Shown here: piece after piece, positions 46,634-55,582 of the stretch
Numbering within the stretch: the stretch's first letter is position 1
Layout of the letters: each line of letters opens with the position of its first letter
Assembly (NCBI GenBank): GCA_964655995.1
Contig: CAZZPK010000003.1
Span: forward strand, 22,960-86,959
Reading direction: 5' to 3'
Source: an uncultured Candidatus Saccharibacteria bacterium
GTDB taxonomy: Bacteria > Patescibacteriota > Minisyncoccia > Phycocordibacterales > XYD1-FULL-46-19
DNA: 64,000 bases
The notes under the pieces: generated by a model
The model's database searches: none
Told to the model about the DNA's origin: nothing
The model's input: the letters and a program-made list of their open reading frames with translations, nothing else
Translations under genes and position numbers: made by a program

Positions 46634-47749
46634 ATGAACATCGCTGATGAGCTTTTTTATAATGGGAAAAAGTATGTCAAACTAAACGTGGCTAGTAAAC
46701 GTTTAGGTTTGTCTGACGAAGCGCTCGATAAGGAGTGCCGCCAAAAAAAGCTCGAGGCCGAGCGTATCGCCGACCAATGGTTTGTCTTGGAGTCGTCGTT
46801 GTCGCGCCTGTTGCCAACCGTGAACCAATATCACCCGGGCTATTTGCAATCAAGTACCGTTACTTTGGCCAAGTTGGGTTCGGCATTAACCGGCTTGATT
46901 GGCGTTTTAGCTTATCTTACTTTGCTCTCAATTATGCCCAGCCAGTTGTTAAATCTGCCCGAGTTGGCGCATTACCAATTGCTGGCCTCAAGCAATGAGG
47001 CTCTCAAGCAGGGAGCCATTACTATCGATCAAACTGCCGGCCGCCTGGCTTGGGGAGCAGAGCAATTGGCTTTTACCAGCGCCTCGGCTTTAACCGCGGG
47101 ACAAATGCTTTTAATCGAGGCGGCGGCGAGCGCCGGCGATCAAGCGCTTTTGCTCGGTTATCAAAGTTTATTCTGGTTTGAGTCGCGGCTCGTTTTGGCC
47201 GAGGCATTGCCAGCCGATCTTTTGTTGACCAAAGAACGGCTGGTGACTGCCGCCGCTCTGACCACCAATTTAGGAAGCACGACCGCAATTGAAATGGCGG
47301 CGCGTTTTAGTGATCAGGTTTTGGCTATTGCCGGCTGGTTTGTTGATGGCGTAGCGCGATTATGGGATAAAATTGTTTTAAATTGGTCGCGCTTTTTGGG
47401 CAAAGAGGAGGCGTTGCCGGTTAATGTTGAAGCTCCGATGCCAAACTCAAATATCAATCAAATCCAAGCCGATATCAAAGAGATTAAAACCGGTATCAAT
47501 GAGATTTTGCGCCGCCTGCCGGCAGGCGGCGGCGCTCCCGCGCCGTCTGCTTTGCCTAGCCAGGGCATAGTGGTGGCGCCACTAGCCAGCACCACTCCCG
47601 AGGCGCTAAAGAGCCGGGTGGCGGAAATGTTTTCTGATCAGGTTAAGGTTAATGTCGATCCGTCGGGCAAAGCCGGGGTGGTGACACCCATTTTCCGCGA
47701 TCGGACCGGCGATGATTACATCTTTGTTTTGACGCCGATAAATCAATGA
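46634..47749 (+). CDS. hypothetical protein with an N-terminal excisionase/MerR-like HTH followed by a TM segment
   Basis: KKYVKLNVASKRLGLSDEALDKECRQKKLEAERIADQWFV is an HTH_17-like pattern; the hydrophobic stretch is LIGVLAYLTLLSIM. Confidence 0.45.
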   Translation: MNIADELFYNGKKYVKLNVASKRLGLSDEALDKECRQKKLEAERIADQWFVLESSLSRLLPTVNQYHPGYLQSSTVTLAKLGSALTGLIGVLAYLTLLSIMPSQLLNLPELAHYQLLASSNEALKQGAITIDQTAGRLAWGAEQLAFTSASALTAGQMLLIEAAASAGDQALLLGYQSLFWFESRLVLAEALPADLLLTKERLVTAAALTTNLGSTTAIEMAARFSDQVLAIAGWFVDGVARLWDKIVLNWSRFLGKEEALPVNVEAPMPNSNINQIQADIKEIKTGINEILRRLPAGGGAPAPSALPSQGIVVAPLASTTPEALKSRVAEMFSDQVKVNVDPSGKAGVVTPIFRDRTGDDYIFVLTPINQ

Positions 47750-48597
47750 TTGTTTTACGCCTATTGTTAGCGTTTTTTCTCGGATTTGTTTTGGCGGCGC
47801 CGGCGCAGGCGGCGCCGCCTGGTTTTGTCTCAATTACGCCGACCAAGCGCGAGATCACTGTTAATCCCGGCGAGACGCGCCTAGTTGAATTGACTGTCGA
47901 AAGCACCTTGGACCAAGCTATCTCTTTTGAGCTCCGGGTCTCCGATTTAATTGCCGGCGAACACTCTTTAATTAATGAGGTAACGGCGCCTGACACCATT
48001 TTTACCTTAGCGCCCGGGCAGTCGCTCTCGGTGCCGATCGAGATCAAAATGCCAGCTACAGCTTACCCCGGGACGCGTCATGGCCAGATCAGTGTAGTCA
48101 TCAAAAATCAATCAGCTAATCTCGGTAATGCCCAAGCGGCAGTCACTACTGCACTTAACTCATTGCTGTTTATCCGCGTGCCGGGAGAGGTTAAAGAATC
48201 AGGCCGTCTGGATCGCTTTGGTCTTTTGGGCGGCTCGCCGCTGCTTAACGCAGGGGAGCGGACTGGTTTTTACATCGCTTTCCATAATGATGGTAACAGT
48301 TATTTAAATCCTTACGGCTTGATCAAGATTTTAAATTGGCGTGGCCGAGAGCTCGGTTTTGCCGTTATTGATCCATGGTACGTTTTGCCGGGGACAACGC
48401 GTATCCGCGACATACCGGATCTGATTTTGCCGGCCGGTATCTACCGCGCCACACTCGATCTTAACCGAGGCTATGACAATGTCATCGACTCCAAGCAAAT
48501 TTGGTTTGCCGTGTACCCGCTCTGGGCCAAATACTTGGTGGCCGGCATCGTTGTTTTACTAATCCTGGCGGCAATTTATCGTATAATTAGAGTATGA
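47746..48597 (+). CDS. cell-surface protein, DUF916/DUF3324-like (signal peptide, two beta-rich domains, C-terminal TM anchor)
   Basis: Signal peptide; C-terminal TM LVAGIVVLLILAAIY; the layout resembles DUF916-DUF3324 proteins of Gram-positive WxL (csc) clusters. Confidence 0.5.
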   Translation: MIVLRLLLAFFLGFVLAAPAQAAPPGFVSITPTKREITVNPGETRLVELTVESTLDQAISFELRVSDLIAGEHSLINEVTAPDTIFTLAPGQSLSVPIEIKMPATAYPGTRHGQISVVIKNQSANLGNAQAAVTTALNSLLFIRVPGEVKESGRLDRFGLLGGSPLLNAGERTGFYIAFHNDGNSYLNPYGLIKILNWRGRELGFAVIDPWYVLPGTTRIRDIPDLILPAGIYRATLDLNRGYDNVIDSKQIWFAVYPLWAKYLVAGIVVLLILAAIYRIIRV

Positions 48598-49352
48598 TGG
48601 GACGATTATTCATACTAATATTGGCAATGGTGCTGGGGTCGTCACTGACTCCGTTTGCTCTTGCTTATGTCGCCTCGAGCACCAATTATCGCATCCAAAG
48701 CGACAGTATTAATTTTGCCGGCGGTCGCTCCACCTCGACAAATTTTGTGATGGAAGACACGGTCGGGGAGGTCGGTACCGGCACCTCAACCAGTGCCAGC
48801 TATAATTTACATGCTGGTTATCAGGCAATGCAGACCGGCGGGACCATCTCCATTAGCGCACCAAGCGATGTTACTTTAAGTGGGGCCATTACTACCGAGT
48901 CCGGCGGCCAAGCTAATGGTAGCGTGGTTTGGACGGTAATTACCGACAACTCCGCCGGCTATACTTTGGCGATTAAGGCTGCTGCCAGTCCGGCCTTTGT
49001 TTCCAGTAGCAATAGTTTTGCCGATTACACGCCGGTTAGCGGCTCGGATCCTGATTACACTTGGTCGGTTGATGATAACGTCAAAGAATTTGGCTTTACA
49101 CCGGAGGGGACTGATATCGTGGCTAAATACAAAGATAACGGCGCAAGTTGCAATACCGGCAGTGGCAATACAGCAAGCGCCTGCTGGGACGATTTAACCA
49201 CCAGCGATCAGACCATTAGCCAGCGGGCCTCGGCTACCGGTGGCAGTGGGGTTAGCACCACGGTGCGTTTTAGGGCCGAAGCCGGGGCCAGCTCCGCACC
49301 GGCCGCCGGCACTTATACCGCCAGCATCACCGTGACGGCGACAGCGCTTTGA
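48594..49352 (+). CDS. secreted Gly/Ser/Thr-rich protein with a WxL-domain-like C-terminus
   Basis: Signal peptide; the C-terminal ...VRFRAEAG...APAAGTYTASITVTATAL resembles the WxL C-terminal signature (GTYTxxLTWTL). Confidence 0.45.
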   Translation: MMGRLFILILAMVLGSSLTPFALAYVASSTNYRIQSDSINFAGGRSTSTNFVMEDTVGEVGTGTSTSASYNLHAGYQAMQTGGTISISAPSDVTLSGAITTESGGQANGSVVWTVITDNSAGYTLAIKAAASPAFVSSSNSFADYTPVSGSDPDYTWSVDDNVKEFGFTPEGTDIVAKYKDNGASCNTGSGNTASACWDDLTTSDQTISQRASATGGSGVSTTVRFRAEAGASSAPAAGTYTASITVTATAL

Positions 49353-49364
49353 TATTTTTGATTT

Positions 49365-51326
49365 ATGAGACGCTTTCTTTTTTTACTTAGTCTGTTTATT
49401 TTGATTTTTGGCGTGGCGGCCGATAGTTGGGCAATTACCGACTCGATCAATGTCAGTGGGACGGTAACTACCGAGGATGATGGTGGTGGTAGTGATCCGG
49501 TTTACGGCTGTACCGATCCGGCCGCGACTAACTATAATCCTGACGCTACTGCTAGTGATGGTAGTTGCCAGTATCCCACTTTAGTGCCGACGGTTATGAA
49601 TTTTGAAGCGGTTTACGACGAAGACAATGATGAGGTCGATTTAACATGGGTTAATCCTAGTTTTGCCGAATTTGCCGCGGTGCGCATTGTCCGCTCTACC
49701 ACTTTTTTCCCTAACTCGCCCAATGAGGGGACTTTAATTTATGATGGACCGGGAGAAGAAGCGGTGGATGATAATGTGAGTCTGGGCAGCACTTATTATT
49801 ACACCGCTTTTGTCCGTTCCACCGCTAACGAGTATTCAGCCGGGGCGGTGGCGCAGGTCACTATCCCAACTGAGCCGCCGTGCGAGGGCGATGAGTGCGA
49901 TCCAGCCGATCCGTTTGAGGATTTGCCCGAGGGAGGCGGCGGCGGATTTGAAATCGGCGGATTTATCTTTTTCCAACCTGGAGAGGAGCCGCAATATCTG
50001 CGGGCCGGCGGCGAGACCATTTTGCTCCGCGCCGACAAAACTACCACTATTTATTTGCCGTACGATCAGGCGCCGGAGGTGTTAAAAACCATCGGCGTTA
50101 CGGTGATGAGTCCAATTAATCCTAAAAGCAGCTTTTCTTTCCTGTTGCGATTGACTCCAGATAAAAAAGGTTATGCCGCGACGATCGCGCCGCTCGGTGC
50201 GAGCGGCAAGTATCCGGTGGCTATCTATGTGATCAACTATCAAAATCAGAGCCTCAAGCGTTTGACCGGCAATTTGGAGGTCCAGGGTGGTGCGGCTATG
50301 GTTGGACTGGTGCCGGCGACAATTATTGAGCAAACCGTGGCTCCATTAGTGGTGGGGACCGGTCTACTCATCGGCTTAGGCCAGGCCTTGGTGCCGCTGG
50401 CCGCGGTTACTTCCTGGTATGATATTTACTTGATTATTTTGCGGGCTCTGGGCGCGCTCTCGGGCTACTTTGGTCTGCGTAAAAAATACAAGCCGTGGGG
50501 AACGGTTTATGATGCGGTGACCAAACAGCCGATTGATCCGGCTTATGTCACTATCGAGGCGAATGGCAAAGAGATCTCTAGCGCCATTACCGACATTGAG
50601 GGGCGGTATGGCTTTTTCCTCCCACCTGGCACCTATACTCTTAAGGCCGGCAAGACTCATTATCAATTCCCCTCCGCTAAGTTGGCGGGGCGTTCGGCCG
50701 ACGAGCTCTATAATAATCTCTATTTTGGCGAGCCGTTTGAGACCAAGCCGGATGAGGTGATTGACCGCAACATACCCCTCGATCCAATCGGTTTTGACTG
50801 GAATGAGTTTGTTAAAAGCCAGTCCGCCACCTTGGTGGCCAATAGCAAAAAGGAGTTAAGTCGAGCTCGGATTCATAAAAGCATTTACGCCGTGGGCTTG
50901 CTTACCGCCGTGGGCAGTGCTGTATATACCCCCAGTTGGCTCTCATTTAGTTTATTTGGGGCCTATGTTTTGCTGGCGATTTTTGAGCGAGTTTGGGGGA
51001 TTAGGCGCCATGTGCGGACTATTACTTGGAGCGATACTAAATTGCCGCTACCGTTTGCTATTGTTCGCGTCTCGATCCCGGATTTGAATCAGGAGGTCAA
51101 GCATGTGGTGGCCGATCAGCTGGGGCGCTTTTACGTCTTAGTGCGACCGGGGGTTTACAGTTTGTCGGTGGAGGAGAAGCAAGCCGACGGCTCTTACAAA
51201 AAAGTGTATCAGTCGCCGCCAACCAACTTACCCCGCGGTACTTGGGACAGCGACCTTAAACTCAATCGTAATGTCTTACCACCCGAGCCAGCGTCAGTTA
51301 TTTCTACTCCTAACTTGACTAAATAG
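49365..51326 (+). CDS. large surface/membrane protein (signal peptide, FN3-like domain, two carboxypeptidase-regulatory-like beta-sandwich domains, several TM helices)
   Basis: FN3-like segment (DLTWVNPSFAEFAAVRIVRS...YYYTAFVRS) and CarbopepD_reg-like segments (GTVYDAVTKQPIDPAYVTIEANGKE...GRYGFFLPPGTYTL; GRFYVLVRPGVYSL). Confidence 0.55.
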   Translation: MRRFLFLLSLFILIFGVAADSWAITDSINVSGTVTTEDDGGGSDPVYGCTDPAATNYNPDATASDGSCQYPTLVPTVMNFEAVYDEDNDEVDLTWVNPSFAEFAAVRIVRSTTFFPNSPNEGTLIYDGPGEEAVDDNVSLGSTYYYTAFVRSTANEYSAGAVAQVTIPTEPPCEGDECDPADPFEDLPEGGGGGFEIGGFIFFQPGEEPQYLRAGGETILLRADKTTTIYLPYDQAPEVLKTIGVTVMSPINPKSSFSFLLRLTPDKKGYAATIAPLGASGKYPVAIYVINYQNQSLKRLTGNLEVQGGAAMVGLVPATIIEQTVAPLVVGTGLLIGLGQALVPLAAVTSWYDIYLIILRALGALSGYFGLRKKYKPWGTVYDAVTKQPIDPAYVTIEANGKEISSAITDIEGRYGFFLPPGTYTLKAGKTHYQFPSAKLAGRSADELYNNLYFGEPFETKPDEVIDRNIPLDPIGFDWNEFVKSQSATLVANSKKELSRARIHKSIYAVGLLTAVGSAVYTPSWLSFSLFGAYVLLAIFERVWGIRRHVRTITWSDTKLPLPFAIVRVSIPDLNQEVKHVVADQLGRFYVLVRPGVYSLSVEEKQADGSYKKVYQSPPTNLPRGTWDSDLKLNRNVLPPEPASVISTPNLTK

Positions 51327-51343
51327 ATATAGGGGTGTATAAT
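51315..51343 (+). promoter_or_regulatory. perfect-consensus sigma70 promoter (TTGACT, 17-nt spacer, TGn TATAAT)
   Basis: ttgact-aaatagatataggggtg-tataat. Confidence 0.6.
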
Positions 51344-51367
51344 TAAAGGTAGAAGGGAGGTGAAGAT

Positions 51368-51601
51368 ATGCTTGGTTGGGAAATAGTTTTTGAAGATAGC
51401 GCGAAAAAAACAGAAAGGATGAAGGTTCCTGGCGGTTGGTTGGTTTTAACTAGCACATTTTTACCACCGACTGATCTTCATAAGCCTGTTCCTCCAATTG
51501 CTCAGACTTTTCTGCCTGATCCGAAACACAATTGGCAGAGCAAATACTGGAGAGAATATGGCGAACCACCACCGTTAGATAACGAACCTGTGCAGGACTA
51601 A
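51368..51601 (+). CDS. small hypothetical protein (cassette 1)
   Basis: 77 aa with ribosome-binding site gggagg; its own promoter and terminator. Confidence 0.4.
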   Translation: MLGWEIVFEDSAKKTERMKVPGGWLVLTSTFLPPTDLHKPVPPIAQTFLPDPKHNWQSKYWREYGEPPPLDNEPVQD

Positions 51602-51603
51602 TT

Positions 51604-51658
51604 CCCGCCCGGAGACAACGACCCAAATCGTCTGTCACGAGGCGGGTTTGTTGTTTTT
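51604..51658 (+). terminator. conserved intrinsic terminator module, copy A
   Basis: cccgcccggagacaacgacccaaatcgtctgtcacgaggcggg followed by tttgttgttttt. Confidence 0.6.
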
Positions 51659-51736
51659 GCCTAAAATGTAAACTAATTAGACGGTCGTCAAACTATTTCA
51701 CATTCTCAATCGTAAACGGTCGTGAACAGTTGGGAT

Positions 51737-51765
51737 GTTTAGAATTTGACAAGATAACTTTATGG
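51737..51765 (+). promoter_or_regulatory. perfect-consensus sigma70 promoter (TTGACA, 17-nt spacer, TGn TATAAT)
   Basis: ttgaca-agataactttatgggtg-tataat. Confidence 0.6.
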
Positions 51766-51806
51766 GTGTATAATCAAAGTTAGAAGTGTTAACAGGAGGA
51801 GCGGAC

Positions 51807-52046
51807 ATGAAGAAAATTGTCTTGTTTTTTGTGGTAGTAATTCTGGTAATGGTGTTTTACACTGGTATTGAAAAGGAGCCAGCTTACCAGTATCACATTA
51901 CCACCTGGGATGGTCGTGAGGCTATCGGTAAATTGAATCGCGATCAAACCTATACATTTTTTCGATTTTATAGGGTGGGAGAAGTGGTTTACATCGACCA
52001 GGAGATTGCCACTTTTCCAGCTGCAGAAGCGGCCAAACTCCATTGA
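51807..52046 (+). CDS. small single-TM protein (cassette 2)
   Basis: Ribosome-binding site aggagg; MKKIVLFFVVVILVMVFYTG... Confidence 0.4.
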   Translation: MKKIVLFFVVVILVMVFYTGIEKEPAYQYHITTWDGREAIGKLNRDQTYTFFRFYRVGEVVYIDQEIATFPAAEAAKLH

Positions 52047-52106
52047 CCCGCCAACGGACAACGACCCGAATCGTCTGTCGCGAGGCGGGTTTGTTGTTTT
52101 TATTTT
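52047..52106 (+). terminator. conserved intrinsic terminator module, copy B
   Basis: cccgccaacggacaacgacccgaatcgtctgtcgcgaggcgggtttgttgtttttatttttc; about 90% identical to copy A. Confidence 0.6.
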
Positions 52107-52161
52107 TCTATATTTTAGTCAAGTTGCCCCCAAGGCCATAATCGGCCATAATGGCGGGGAA

Positions 52162-53175
52162 ATGGCTATCAACTTTAAACCTAAGTTGGGCATCGATTTG
52201 GGGACGGCTAACACCCTGGTTTTTGTGCCGGGGCAGGGGATAGTTTTAAACGAGCCCTCGGTGGTGGCGATCTCCGAGATCGATAATAAGGTGGTGGCGG
52301 TAGGGGTGGAGGCCAAAGAGATGGTGGGCAAAACGCCCGACAGCATCATCGCTTACCGGCCGATGAAGGATGGCGTCATTGCCGATTATCGCGTTACCGA
52401 GGTGATGCTTAAATATTATATTTCCAAAGCGCTCGGCAAATGGAATATTTTTAAACCCGATGTCTTAGTCTCGGTGCCGGCCGGCGTCACCTCTACCGAG
52501 CGGCGCGCGGTGATCGAAGCGGCGGTTAAAGCCGGCGCTAAAAATGCTTATGTGGTTAAGGAGCCGATTTTGGCGGCGATTGGCGCGGGCATACCCATTT
52601 ACGAGGCGCATGGCCACATGGTTGTTGACATTGGCGGCGGTACCACCGATGTGGCGGTAATTTCTTTGGGCGGTATTGTCGCCTCGACCTCGGTCAAGTA
52701 TGCCGGCAATAAAATCGATCAGGCGATTGCCGATTACATCAAAAAAACTTTCAATTTGGCAATTGGCGACAAAACGGCCGAGGAGGTTAAAATCGCCATC
52801 GGCAGCGCGGTGCCGGTAGAGGAGGAGCTGGTTTACACTATTAAAGGGCGCGACTTTATGACCGGCCTGCCGCGCTCGGTAGAGGTTAAAACTAATGAGA
52901 TTTGTCGGGCCATCGACAATGAGCTCCGCGAGATGATCAAGGCGATTAAAACTGTCTTCCATGACACGCCGCCCGAGCTCTCGTCCGACATTATTGACCG
53001 GGGCATTACCATGACCGGCGGCTCGTCCCAATTGCGCCATTTGCCCGAGCTGGTGTATCGCCGTACCGGCGTTAAGGCGGTGTTGGCCCCCGACCCGCTC
53101 TATTGCGTGGTTAAGGGGACGGGCATTGCGCTTGAGCATTTGGATACTTACAAAAAAAGCATTATCTCAAAGTAA
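52162..53175 (+). CDS. mreB: rod shape-determining protein MreB (paralog 1)
   Basis: GIDLGTANTLVFV and the actin-fold motifs. Confidence 0.85.
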   Translation: MAINFKPKLGIDLGTANTLVFVPGQGIVLNEPSVVAISEIDNKVVAVGVEAKEMVGKTPDSIIAYRPMKDGVIADYRVTEVMLKYYISKALGKWNIFKPDVLVSVPAGVTSTERRAVIEAAVKAGAKNAYVVKEPILAAIGAGIPIYEAHGHMVVDIGGGTTDVAVISLGGIVASTSVKYAGNKIDQAIADYIKKTFNLAIGDKTAEEVKIAIGSAVPVEEELVYTIKGRDFMTGLPRSVEVKTNEICRAIDNELREMIKAIKTVFHDTPPELSSDIIDRGITMTGGSSQLRHLPELVYRRTGVKAVLAPDPLYCVVKGTGIALEHLDTYKKSIISK

Positions 53176-53176
53176 A

Positions 53177-53878
53177 ATGGATTCTTTATCGATGCTTGCA
53201 ACCGGCGATTGGCATCATGCTTACATTTTAAAAGGCGATCGGGTTTTGGTCCGGGAGGCTTTGCTCCGGCTGATCAGCGAGCGTTGGCTGGGCGGGGCGC
53301 CGGTCACCAGTTGCCCCGACTTCCATTTGCGGGAGTACGAGCGCTTGAGTATTGAGGCCAGCCGGGAGCTTGCGGTTTTGCAGTCGCGTCAGCCGCTGGC
53401 CGGAGGCAAAAAGTTTTTTGTCATCATTTGTTCGGCTTTATTGCGGGAGGCCCAAAACGCTTTACTTAAGACGCTGGAGGAGCCGGCCGGCGCTGCCCAT
53501 TTCTTTTTTATTATCGAGGGGCAAACCGAGATTTTACCCACTTTGCTTTCGCGGGTCAGGGTAATTGAGACCGGCCTGTGGCCTGGCGAGGGAGGCGAGT
53601 TATATCGTTTGGCCCAACAATTTTTAGCAGCGTCGCCGACCAAACGCTTGGCGCTCATTGAGCCGCTCTTGGCCGAGAGCGATCATCTTTTGCGTCGGAC
53701 CCAGCTCGAGCGCTGGCTCGCTTTGTTGGAGAAGGAGCTGGCCCCCAATATGACTCCCCGGGCCGGCGAGGCGGTGGCGCACGCGCGGTATTTGCTCACG
53801 ATACCGGGCAGCGTCCCTAAATTACTGCTCGAGGAGCTTGCACTGGTCCTGCCGGTAGCTTACAATCAAACTAAATAA
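53177..53878 (+). CDS. holB: DNA polymerase III delta' subunit-like
   Basis: ALLKTLEEPAGAAHFFFII and the LLSRVRV motif. Confidence 0.55.
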   Translation: MDSLSMLATGDWHHAYILKGDRVLVREALLRLISERWLGGAPVTSCPDFHLREYERLSIEASRELAVLQSRQPLAGGKKFFVIICSALLREAQNALLKTLEEPAGAAHFFFIIEGQTEILPTLLSRVRVIETGLWPGEGGELYRLAQQFLAASPTKRLALIEPLLAESDHLLRRTQLERWLALLEKELAPNMTPRAGEAVAHARYLLTIPGSVPKLLLEELALVLPVAYNQTK

Positions 53879-53884
53879 AATCTA

Positions 53885-54439
53885 ATGTCTTATTCTTTTA
53901 CGTCTTTTAGTGGGCGGACGGCGGCGATTGCCGATTGGTTTAATCAAGAGTCGGCGGCGCTGCGCACCGGCCGAGCCACGCCGGCCTTGCTCGATAATGT
54001 TGTCGTGGAGTCATACGGCACTATGACACCACTTAAGCATGTGGCCAATATCTCCATTGAGGATGCTCGGACGCTCCGGATTACTCCCTGGGATAAAAGC
54101 CAAGTCAAAGCCATTGAGACAGCCATTGCCGCCGCCAACTTGGGGGTCGGCGCGGTGGCTGATGGCGCCAGTTTGCGGCTTAATTTTCCGCCGCTCACCG
54201 AGGAGCGGCGCAAACTGCTGGTTAAGACCTTAAAAACCAAATTGGAGGAAGCCAAAATTTCCATCCGCCAAGAGCGGGAGAAGGTGTTGTCTGACTTGGC
54301 CGGCAAGCGCAAAGAGGGCCAGATCAGCGAGGATGACGAGCGCCGCCATAAAACCGAATTGCAAAAATTAGTCGATGAGGCCAATGACAAGCTGGAGGCG
54401 GCGGCGACCAAGCGCGAGTCTGAGATTTTAAACGAATGA
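53885..54439 (+). CDS. frr: ribosome recycling factor
   Basis: RTGRATPALLD and SIEDARTLRITPWD. Confidence 0.85.
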   Translation: MSYSFTSFSGRTAAIADWFNQESAALRTGRATPALLDNVVVESYGTMTPLKHVANISIEDARTLRITPWDKSQVKAIETAIAAANLGVGAVADGASLRLNFPPLTEERRKLLVKTLKTKLEEAKISIRQEREKVLSDLAGKRKEGQISEDDERRHKTELQKLVDEANDKLEAAATKRESEILNE

Positions 54440-55539
54440 CCGTTGTTATTTTTTTAATCATTTTGGCATTACTCGTCTTTGTCCACGAGTTGGGCCATTT
54501 TGCAGTGGCTAAGTGGTCGGGGATCAGGGTCGACGAGTTTGGTCTCGGCTTTCCGCCGCGCTTGGTTAGTTTTAAACGGGGCGATACTTTATATTCGCTT
54601 AATTTGATCCCGTTTGGTGGTTTTGTCCGGATCTTTGGCGAGACACCGGAGGAGTTGCCGGAGGGCGTTATGCCGGCCGGTGACAGTTTGGTAGCCAAAT
54701 CCAAATTAACTCAAGCGGCTGTTTTGGTAGCTGGTGTGGTGGCCAATATGATTTTAGCCTGGCTTTTTTTGGCGCTGGCTTTGGGTATCGGTGTGCCGAT
54801 GAGTGTTGATGATTTGCCGGCCGGCGCCCAAGTGGCGGGTTCGCACTTGACCATTTTAACCGTGGTGCCCGGTACGCCGGCCGATGAGGCCGGCCTCAAA
54901 GTGGGCGACAAAATTATCGCCCTTGGTCGCGGCGGGGAGGAGCTCGCGCCAACTGGCGCCGATGAGGCGATTAAATTTATCAGCCGAGCAAACGACCCGC
55001 TCGTGATTACCATTGAGCGTCCGACCGGCGAGCGGGAAAATATCTCGGCCACGCCGGCCACCGGCATTATTACCGAGGCTCCGGGACAGCCAGCTCTCGG
55101 CGTAGTTTTAGGGCAAGTGGGAGTAACCTCCTTTGCCTGGTGGCAAGCGCCATGGCAGGCGCTTAAAATGACCGGCTCATTAACGGTATTAACGGTCAAT
55201 GGTTTGTGGCAATTATTACTCCAAGCGGTTGCAGGCGAGGCCTCGCTTAGCGCTGTGACCGGACCGGTCGGCCTGGCCGGTTTGGTGGGCGATGCGCGGA
55301 CGCTCGGCTTTGCTTATTTGCTGTCTTTTGTCGCTTTTATTTCCATCAATTTGGCGGTGCTTAATTTGATCCCGTTCCCGGCGCTCGACGGCGGACGGCT
55401 GTTGTTTGTGTTGATCGAGTCGATCAAGGGCTCGGCGATTAAGCCGCAAGTCGCCAATATTTTAAATTTACTCGGTTTTATTTTACTGATCAGCTTGATG
55501 CTGGTCGTCACCTGGCACGACATCAGCCGATTGTTTTAG
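54436..55539 (+). CDS. rseP: RIP site-2 zinc metalloprotease RseP
   Basis: HELGHF (HExxH), a PDZ-like segment and the C-terminal LDGG motif. Confidence 0.8.
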   Translation: MTVVIFLIILALLVFVHELGHFAVAKWSGIRVDEFGLGFPPRLVSFKRGDTLYSLNLIPFGGFVRIFGETPEELPEGVMPAGDSLVAKSKLTQAAVLVAGVVANMILAWLFLALALGIGVPMSVDDLPAGAQVAGSHLTILTVVPGTPADEAGLKVGDKIIALGRGGEELAPTGADEAIKFISRANDPLVITIERPTGERENISATPATGIITEAPGQPALGVVLGQVGVTSFAWWQAPWQALKMTGSLTVLTVNGLWQLLLQAVAGEASLSAVTGPVGLAGLVGDARTLGFAYLLSFVAFISINLAVLNLIPFPALDGGRLLFVLIESIKGSAIKPQVANILNLLGFILLISLMLVVTWHDISRLF

Positions 55540-55582
55540 GTACTTTTTGACCAAAGTCGGTTTTGGGTTAAGATAGGAGGAT

